This document shows, piece by piece, positions 36,324 to 45,538 of a stretch of DNA of 64,000 nt. The stretch's first letter is position 1. Each line of letters starts with the position of its first letter. Made by a program: the position numbers and the translations under genes. The notes below the pieces were generated by a model. That model searched no databases. It was not told the DNA's origin and worked only from the letters and a program-made list of their open reading frames with translations. Origin of the DNA: Daphnia carinata (lineage: Eukaryota); the NCBI RefSeq assembly GCF_022539665.2, contig NC_081334.1:2170001-2234000 (forward strand), given 5' to 3'.

Positions 36324-36338
36324 AAACGAAAATCGTAA

Positions 36339-37059
36339 ATGTCTCTTCCGAAGCTTCTGTCAGAAGAATATGCTAGCAATCAACTCACGAATCATGTAAG
36401 GTATAAAATATATATATGAATTAAGAGTTTTTATGCCTAATGGTGTTTTACTGTCTTATTATAGATGAACAATAAAAGCCGATGTCGAGGTGACGAAGAA
36501 AACAACACGTCGAAGTGCTGTCAAACGTGTCTTCGCTTCCGGAGAAGGAAGCACCGGAAGGCAAAAGGCGTCGTGGTGAAACGAAAGCCGATAAATACGT
36601 TGCTGGATTGGATGATGTAGAAATGTTACACGAAGGCAAAGGACACGCTGCCGACAATCCACGCCAATCACGTGCCAGATGAGCCGGAGGCGAACAATGG
36701 ATCGCCAGTCACATCCGTCAAACGTGGACGATTTACTCGCGCAAAGGGGGCAATCAAAGTTCATTTTGACGATGCCGAAACGGCGCATTCGCCAGTCAGA
36801 TTCACCCGTCCGGCGCGGAAGACCGGCCGAGAAGAAAGTCTCTGTCCAGCTGGAACGCGACCCCGACATTGAGACTTTGGTCGCTACAGCCAAAGAAGAG
36901 GAAGAGAAAGCACCGGCCGCCAAACGTTCACGACAAAAGAAGGGCCCGGCAGTATCTGCCGCAACAATGGCGGATGAACCTCCGGCCGTGCCGGCCACGA
37001 AACGGACATGTGGTGGCAAGAAAACTACCGAACCTGAGCTTGTTAAGGAGGATACCTGA
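36339..37059 (+). pseudogene. Unrelated Lys/Arg/Glu/Pro-rich exon fragment fused downstream of the truncated helicase (left copy)
   Basis: Abuts the helicase truncation point. Short exon with GT donor (~36396), acceptor ~36464, then a basic low-complexity ORF ending ...PELVKEDT* (36679-37059). Not helicase-like; no family recognised. Confidence 0.45.
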
Positions 37060-37857
37060 TCGCCACCACCACCACCTCGACGTACTAGAAACATCTAACA
37101 GACCCATCAATGAATTACATTTTATTTTTCTTTTGTTTTACCCATCATTGAATAATTTGAATTACCTTTTTATTTTTTGACTTTTGTTTCCATGCGTAAT
37201 TATAATTTTTGTCTTTAAATTTTGCGTCTAATTTTCATCCTTAAAAAAACAGATTTTGTAAAGTATTTCACAATTGCACGACATGTTGGTGGACCAACTG
37301 CACGCACAATTGAGATAATGGTTCCTTGTTTTAATTTGGTTTTTGCATACTTCCTTCTTGCTTTTTCGCCGCCCATTTTGAAATATGTGGCAACGTTGCT
37401 TAAGTTTTGTGATCCGCCATGAGTCGCCATTTGCTAGTTCATTGTCGTGTGTGAAACATGCAGTTATTGGACACATCAGGCAGCAATGGTAAAGTAATAC
37501 TTGAGTGAATGTTTCGTCAAGTAAACATTGTTTACCAAAGACATTGATTCTAATTCTAAAAAAAACATTGTTCCACAAGAAACTTTAATTTGAGAATACC
37601 TAACGATATTTGAAACTCCTTTTCAAATTACAAAATGAATGGCTTTTTTAAGAAGTCATTCTTTTCAATCATTTCTTTCTAAATTTTAGGATATCACAAG
37701 TTGTGAGACAAACATTGAAGGATCATAAATGTGTGGCAATCTCATTCTTCCATATTCCAGTTATTGTATTATTCTTTGCCATTATTTTTAATAATGAACT
37801 TTATTGTTGCTATCATGGACTATTTTTAAAATTATTTTTAACTAAAAATTTTTTCAT

Positions 37858-38250
37858 TCATTTCAATCATTTGCAGGATTCAAACATTGAGTTTCCTTAG
37901 TTAGGCAAGTCACAACTATTTTTTAAATTATTTTTAACTAAAATTTTTTCATTCACGACATTTGCAGGTTCTGAGCAGTGAGAAACGATTGTTGCTGATG
38001 TAGAGTTTTGTAACGGTGGACCCCACAGTCTATGACAGAAACAAGTAGGACAGAAAATTCTATCTTCATCACTAACAAAAGAAAAAGGGAGGTTTGCATT
38101 TTAAGGTTAGGTTAGAAACAAAACAACAATAAAACCATTTGCTGATACTACCTTTCATACATTGTTATCACAAATAGGAGCAGTATATATTGGCAGCCAT
38201 GTAGCTTTGTAGTTGCTTCGAAGATTTTTTTCCTTGTCTGGTGATTGGTT
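37858..38250 (+). repeat. Inner inverted-repeat arm B
   Basis: Reverse complement of 42273-42702. Near-identical over 37912-38250. The right copy has three extra short insertions in the outer part. Confidence 0.92.
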
Positions 38251-39260
38251 GGTACTGTTGCCTGTTCTATTGTTAACTTTTTTCTCTAGATTAATGCTAT
38301 AAAACATTTATTTTAGGGCTTTGAATACCTCCTATCCTTATAGCCATGGAACATTTGACGTTGACTCCATTTACACTTGCAGAAACGAAAACGAACATAT
38401 TTGCGACAAGTATTTTTTGTGACCATGAAACAAAAAATTGTGAATTTTTTAAGTACCTATATTTAGAAGACATCTAGCGGAGGAATTGCTTGTTACTGAA
38501 TACTCACTGAACTGTCAATTTGTTCGTTGTCAGGGAGGCTATATCGAGTTTGGTTGCCATAATAATGGTTGCTTCGCGTATTGGAAATGCTTTGCCGAAT
38601 CCCAAAATATCGCCAAGTGTGCCATATTGTTATAATCGTTCTTCTCCTTAGGATGGTTACCAATGTGCAGTTGAATTCTAAAAGGTAAAAGTACAAGTTC
38701 TTGGTGAAAACTTGTTGTGCAGCATACTATGCCATTAATAGCTTATTGAAAAGTTCTGGTTACTTTCTGCTTTGTTTCCAGGTTTTGTTTGATATGCTAT
38801 ATTTAAAGAACTGATGTTGGCATTAGCTTGATGGGGAAAAGTCATTTCCAATGTGGTAGGAGATTTATCTAGAATTGCATTAACATTCTAATTAAACATG
38901 AGAAATTATTATTAAGTATTTATTTGGTGATAGAGTCGGATGGTTTTCCTGAAGTTGAAGTTTGAAATAACCTTTCAAAGCCTAAACTCATCTTTGTAGT
39001 AAGGGACTTGTAAGTAAACAAGAAGCATTTTCTGCTTTTTTGCTAACTATATCTAACCTACATAATTTTCTGTTCAATAGTTAATGTTGTTTTTTTTGTT
39101 TTTTTTAACAAAGGTGAAAAGTAATGCTGGCTCTGTAAATGTTCTTGGTTTGGGGCAAGACATTGAATAAATTGTGATGATTGGATGGACAACATGGAAT
39201 TCCTACACTATTCATATTCCCCAAACGGTATTAAAAATTCAAAAATTGAAGTGCATATCT

Positions 39261-39624
39261 GGGCTCCCTTCCTTTCCGTAGCCCCGTTTCCCCTTGACTC
39301 GTAATAAGCCCGTAGGGGGTCATGCCCCTACTGTACGGTATATATAAAAACAACATATACCGAGGTTTGGAGGGCTCTGGCCGGAAAGGGGACGTGGGGG
39401 TCCGCTTAGTCCGATGATGTGTTCACGGAGGGCGACGTGGCTACCCACAAATCCGAACTAAAGGTTAATCGCTCCAGTAAAAATGTTCCAAATCTTCGGC
39501 TCTTCTTCCGGCTTCTCTTAGCCAATCACCGGGTAATCTCCCCGGTGGGTCAACAAGGCAGTGTCTCCCCCTGCCTGGGTTGACGGCAACTTTTGAAAGG
39601 GCTATTGTGCCTTTTTAAAGTTGC
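39261..39624 (+). other. GC-rich multi-hairpin module (candidate structured RNA element, family unknown)
   Basis: At least eight nested or tandem stems read directly from the sequence, several requiring G-U pairs on the + strand (listed under findings). Confidence 0.55.
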
Positions 39625-40174
39625 AAAAATATTTCCAATGTGCAGAGAATTGTCAATAAAAATTTTTTATAAAATATTTTTTCAAAAATTTGTTCGTTTA
39701 TTGTCTGTGTTCGCTGTGTTCATTATTACATTTATCACATTTTTTTTAAATATTTGTAATGCATAACGTACATTTTCCGCATACTTTACAACCATGGACA
39801 ATGTCAATTGGAATGGGACTTGAACGACAAACCTATAGCATTTCAGCACAGCGCGCTATCATTGCGCCATGAGTGTTCTTACATCCACTGATTCAAATTT
39901 TGATGCGGATGTTGAAATAAGATCGACACAAGGTTATTATGGAATGCCTATCATGACAAAAATAAGTTATAGATGGCATAATGGTAAATCTACTGATTGG
40001 CACGCTAGAATACTTGGGTTCGATCCCCATACCAGTCAACAAAACAACTAAATAAATAAATGCATCAAATAAATAACATTGCAAAGCATTTTATTTTCCC
40101 TCCTTCCACCCACAAATCCACCACTATACATGTCCACATAATACATACAACAATACATACATATATACACTTAA

Positions 40175-40492
40175 AACTAACCCGTTGGCTGCCACGCCAT
40201 CTTAACTACGGTCGCTACGTCGCTATCATAGGGATAGCGACCAAGGGGGCCGGTAGGCCGGGCTGATACGATGATGAGACCTTTACGGGAATGCACACCC
40301 CAGGTCTCATCTATCGCATCGATCAAGGGAAAGTCCCTATGGTGCATTGCCTTTGGGGCCATTCGGCCAATCTTGGGCAGTGGCGCTGCTCCACCCCATG
40401 GCAGATAGCCATGGAGCAGAACAGCGCGGCCCGTCCCTGTCAAGCTACAAAAAAAAGGGGATAAAAGGTGGGTGGCAGCCAACGGGTTAGTT
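40175..40492 (+). other. 318-nt element closed by a perfect 21-bp inverted repeat with dense internal stems (structured RNA or piggyBac-like MITE)
   Basis: aactaacccgttggctgccac (40175-40195) is the exact reverse complement of gtggcagccaacgggttagtt (40472-40492). Six or more internal stems. TTAA occurs at 40171-40174 and 40491-40494. Confidence 0.7.
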
Positions 40493-40528
40493 AACAATAA
40501 ACATTGCAAAACACACACAATACCAAAA

Positions 40529-40915
40529 CGACGAGGCGAAGACGGGATGGCGGGCGAGGCGAAGGCGGGGCGACCACGAGTCGAAGAAGGGATGACCGGC
40601 GAGGCGAAGACGGGACGACGGGCGAGGCGAAGACGGGACGACGGGCGAGGCGAAGACGGCACGACGGGCGAGGCGAAGACGGCACGACGGGCGAGGCGAA
40701 GACGGCACGACGGGCGAGGCGAAGACGGCACGACGGGCGAGGCGAAGACGGCACGACGGGCGAGGCGAAGACGGCACGACGGGCGAGGCGAAGACGGGAC
40801 GACGGGCGAGGCGAAGACGGCACGACGGGCGAGGCGAAGACGGCACGACGGGCGAGGCGAAGACGGGACGACGGGCGAGGCGAAGACGGGTTGACAGGCG
40901 AGGTGAAGATGGGCG
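40529..40915 (+). repeat. 23-bp minisatellite, ~17 units (GGGCGAGGCGAAGACGGSACGAC)
   Basis: AGGCGAAG recurs every 23 bp from 40602 to 40878, with degenerate flanking units. This explains the 23-aa-periodic ORFs in all six frames. Confidence 0.97.
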
Positions 40916-42272
40916 TGGAGAAGAGGAAGAACGCTTTGTTCTGTACTCGTAAATGTAAAGAAAAAGAATTACTTAGTGGGAAATATAAGATTGCTGATGT
41001 AGCCAAATGTATGAAAGCAATTTGACTTACTTCTGTTGTCCAATGGCTAGAAATACTGTAGGGCCAGCAAATAGGCAGCAGACGGCAAAGAGTTGGCAGT
41101 CCTATGGTTGAATATTGAATTTATAAAACAAACAAACTATACTAGGTATGAGAAAAATTTACGAATACCAATAGAAATTGTGTTGAGGTGCATGTCTATG
41201 TCTGTTGGTAGGGTAAGTAGAGATTGCAACTGCTGAAATGGCTGTGGTTACAGTTGCTGCTGCAGCATAAGACAAATTTGGTGCACCAGTTAGATTACAA
41301 TTGACAGGCGACCATGAGCGGGTAAAGATTAGAAGAATAATATCATGGTATTCCTACCCATAGGATTTGCATCTTTGGTGACATTCCTCAACGGGAAGTA
41401 TCCTTTACAAATGAAGTTTCATGAGCTAAACCTTAAAAGAAAAATCCGCTAGTGAGATTCTGATAACAAAACATTAGTCTTATACCTCTCAATGAGCACC
41501 AGAATAGTTTGATGAATGCAACATAATGGGTTGCGAATAGTTTCTTGGTTTGACAGCTGACATAGGTGATTACAAGACATGTAACATAAAAACCAAGCAT
41601 TTTGTGGGCTTCACTTGCAAAACACACTTTAAGATGAAAACACACAGAACCACCATTAGATTTTCTTGAATTTTCCCTTGGAATATGACATACTTCACAA
41701 AAACTTTCGAACACAGGTTTCACTACCCCCACAGTCACCAACAGTAGCACAGCAGCGTCATCTTGTTTTCCAATTAATAACCGAAATATTCATAAAAATT
41801 GAAAATCTTTGTTTTTTCGAGACGGGAACTGCACTGATGTGAACTCTTTTAATAAACTTCTTGAGCGTGAATCGAGCGTGAATGGCAAATATGCCCCCCC
41901 CCATATTTGTACCATTTCAATTTTATTTAAACAAATGTAGCGACCAAAACCATGAACAGCATTTTTAAAGTATAGCGATTTAACACGTTTTTGAGCCCGG
42001 ATTATTCACTGTTTTTTATTTATTTATCCAAAAATCTAGGAAAATACATAATTTGGGTTCAGAAATCAACAAGAAGCTTGGTTGCACTTAACATCTAGAA
42101 GTTTTGCAACTTCACACATCTCTAGATTTCAAGCTAGTAAACATTAGGTCTGTCTGACAATACAATTTTCTTTCTTGAACAGCTGCAACGCTATTTCGGC
42201 CATGTTTCACGGAAAAAATTCTCCACGGAGACAAGTGCATCGATTGTGCGTTATCGTGTGCCTATTTCAATT

Positions 42273-42702
42273 AACCAATCACCAGACAAGGAAAAAAATT
42301 CTTCGAAGCAACTACAAAGCTACATGGCTGCCAATATATACTGCTCCTATTTGTGATAACAATGTATGAAAGGTAGTATCAGCAAATGGTTTTATTGTTG
42401 TTCTGTTTCTAACCTAACCTTAAAATGCAAACCTCCCTTTTTCTTTTGTTAGTGATGAAGATAGAATTTTCTGTCCTACTTGTTTCTGTCATAGACTGTG
42501 GGGTCCACCGTTACAAAACTCTACATCAGCAACAATCGTTTCTCACTGCTCAGAACCTGCAAATGTCGTGAATGAAAAAATTTTAGTTAAAAATAATTTT
42601 AAAAATAGTTGTAACAACAAGCATTATTAAACGACTTGCCTAACTAAGGAAACCGCTGGAACCCCAATGTTTGTCTCCACAATCCTGAAATGATTGAAAT
42701 GA
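42273..42702 (-). repeat. Inner inverted-repeat arm B'
   Basis: aaccaatcaccagacaagg (42273) mirrors ccttgtctggtgattggtt (ends 38250). The match continues, with gaps, to ~42702. Confidence 0.92.
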
Positions 42703-42952
42703 CAAGCTTTGCTTTATTTCATTAATTCTAATTTTAAAATAAGTACAAAGCCTAACTGCATGGTTGAGCAGTTTGGCTTGATGCCTTTTTTAAAAAGCAA
42801 GAAGGTAGCAATAACCATTATCTCAATGTGCCTGTCGTGCTTACTTTTAAGGATACGAGTTACCGTGAAACAAAAGAAAAATAAAATAGGTAATTCATTG
42901 ATGGGTCTTGCTGTTAGATGTTTCTAGTACGTCGAGGTGGTGGTGGTGGCGA

Positions 42953-43673
42953 TCAGGTATCCTCCTTAACAAGCTCAGGTTCGGTAGTTTTCTTGCCACC
43001 ACATGTCCGTTTCGTGGCCGGCACGGCCGGAGGTTCATCCGCCATTGTTGCGGCAGATACTGCCGGGCCCTTCTTTTGTCGTGAACGTTTGGCGGCCGGT
43101 GCTTTCTCTTCCTCTTCTTTGGCTGTAGCGACCAAAGTCTCAATGTCGGGGTCGCGTTCCAGCTGGACAGAGACTTTCTTCTCGGCCGGTCTTCCGCGCC
43201 GGACGGGTGAATCTGACTGGCGAATGCGCCGTTTCGGCCTCGTCAAAATGAACTTTGATTGCCCCCTTTGCGCGAGTAAGTCGTCCACTTTTGACGGATG
43301 TGACTGGCGATCCATTGTTCGCCTCCGGCTCATCTGGCACGTGATTGGCGTGGATTGTCGGCAGCGTGTCCTTTGCCTTCGTGTAACATTTCTACATCAT
43401 CCAATCCAGCAACGTATTTATCGGCTTTCGTTTCACCACGACGCCTTTTGCCTTCCGGCGCTTCCTTCTCCGGAAGCGAAGACACGTTTGACAGCACTTC
43501 GACGTGTTGTTTTCTTCGTCACCTCGACATCGGCTTTTATTGTTCATCTATAATAAGACAGTAAAACACCATTAGGCATAAAAACTCTTAATTCATATAT
43601 ATATTTTATACCTTACATGATTCGTGAGTTGATTGCTAGCATATTCTTCTGACAGAAGCTTCGGAAGAGACAT
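42953..43673 (-). pseudogene. Basic low-complexity exon fragment (right copy)
   Basis: Mirror of 36339-37059. The ORF 42953..43333 differs from the left copy at two residues. Confidence 0.45.
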
Positions 43674-43688
43674 TTACGATTTTCGTTT

Positions 43689-45538
43689 ACGCTTACCATG
43701 GATGCTGGCAGACTAGACATTTAAAATTAAGACACTTTGCATGTCAATAGTTTTGATTCTTACTTGTAAGTTGTTATTGCACGAGAATGCAGCGACGAAA
43801 TCCGCCGTCTTTTTGCTGTCGACAAAAAAGATAGTCTTGGCATCACCGAGATCTTGTAAAACTTCGATCAGCTTAGCTCTCATATCTCTTTTCGAGCACT
43901 GAAAAAAACAGCTGTTCAACATCCGGATTGGTGCCACCGACAATGCCTGTTGTGACGAATATGTAGTCTTCTATGTACGTCGCAGCCAGCGCTTGTACGT
44001 CATCTGGGAATGTAGCCGAAAACATACAAACACGACGGATTCCCTACAGAGAAACAAATAGTATTACATCAGTCAAATCTCATAATCAAAAGCCATCGAG
44101 GACATACTTTCGGATGCATCGTTGGATGATTGACAATTTTTTCAACATTGGGACCGAAACCCATATCAAGCACTCGATCAGCTTCGTCCAAAATTTAAAA
44201 CCTGACTCGCGAGAAGTCAAATACTTCACAGTCGAGAAAATCCTTGAATCGCCCCGCGGTCGCGACAAAAATATTACACCCAGCTTGAAGATTTGACCGC
44301 TGATGGCTCGTGAGAGTTCCTCCATATATAACCACAGACTTTCAAACCGAACTGTAGGAGAATTTTCACGCCTCGCGCTGAATTTGAATGGCCAATTCAC
44401 GAGTGGGTGCGACAATTACAACTTCTGGTTTTTGCCCCATGGCATGAGACGCACCAGCAACGCCTTGTTCTAACAATATGTTCATAACCGGTACCAAGTA
44501 CGCCGCCTGCATGAAAAAATGTAAAATTTTAGATGACTTAATCAACGAATATCACGAAGGGTTTGTTGAGTATCTTAGATGCAATTGGACCTTTTAGTAG
44601 TCGCAATCACTGGCATGCCCACTCAAAATTACTTTTACTTCAACTTACCCAGTTCATACCGACCCATTCGAATCAAGTCAGTACGAGGGCATCAACGTTT
44701 CAAAATTACACAGCGTTAATTAATTGGATTGCCGTTTTGCCGGAGCACGTGACAGCACAAGCAATTAAACCTCTTTTGACAACAATAACTACAACCGGAG
44801 CTTTCTGAACAGGTGTTGGTTTTATGTAGCCAGAATTCTTAATGTTTTGAAGTAGTAGTTGGCGCAGGCCGCCTTCTTCGTATGATGTTCTGTATTGAGG
44901 TACATCTTTTTCTGTAGCCTAAAGCAAACCCATTAGATAAGTTTTAAAAAATATAGTTTCGAGAAATGGCTTACATGGAGGACGACTTTATCAAAATTGT
45001 TAAAGCGTTCCCACACAGACGATGCCCTTAAACAGTTCCTTTTCATCGCATGTCACAGCATCTGGAATGTATTGCTCATGTGGCTTTCCATCTTTCGTCA
45101 ATTCACTGAAGTGATTCGGGCAGCCTTTTGAGGTGTGGTCAGCTTCATTACACTAGGAGTAAAACAATGAACATTGGAACATAAGATATTTTTGTGAAGA
45201 TATAATTGATGTTTACATTGTAACAATTGCTGCTATTAATGCTTCCTCCTTGAGGAAAATCCCTTGCTACATTGCCCTCTTCTTCGTAAAAATGAGCACT
45301 AAAAATGATGTTTTTTTTTGTTTTTTGTTTATCTCATGGCAGGTACGACTTCCACCACCGCCACAATCCTCTTGTGGACAATCCTTCGACAAATTTCCCC
45401 CTTCCCCATACTATAAAAAGCACCAAGAATTTAAGTTCGAACACATGTTTCGATATTTTCATCTTAGTTTGTGACGTCAACGGACCACTACCGCCGCCCC
45501 CACCAGCTTGTGGACACTCTAGCAAAATGTCGTTCACA
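43689..45538 (-). pseudogene. vas: vasa-type DEAD-box helicase pseudogene (right copy)
   Basis: Same motifs and same stops as the left copy. Walker A reads AVTCSGKT and the last motif reads SIHGKR. Confidence 0.88.

Larger units (their letters stand above)
33590..37141 (+). repeat. Left arm (A) of large inverted duplication
   Basis: Near-identical reverse complement of ~42866-46409. The outer end ggttgtgtcaatctc (33590) mirrors gagattgacacaacc (ends 46409). Mirrored ORF pairs appear in the track, e.g. 36679..37059+ / 42953..43333- and 35597..35926+ / 44086..44415-. Confidence 0.97.

Noticed and set aside
36459..37094. 211-aa antisense ORF (and its mirror 42918..43553)
   Set aside because: Shadow of the basic exon on the opposite strand; the splice signals support the other orientation.
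38105..38115. TTAGG telomeric repeat or telomerase-template-like CTAACCTAACC (mirror at ~42409)
   Set aside because: Only about two units, inside an AT-rich intron-like stretch; compatible with chance.
40327..40470. RNase MRP/P RNA suggested by GGGAAAGUCCC, or twister ribozyme suggested by GGAUAAAAGGUGG
   Set aside because: No matching CR-V/P4 partner (GGGGCU-type) and no twister pseudoknot pairings could be built by eye; kept only as an unassigned structure.
40472..41025. Long Arg-rich ORFs on both strands (119-184 aa)
   Set aside because: By-products of the stop-free 23-bp minisatellite; the same 23-aa period appears in every frame.
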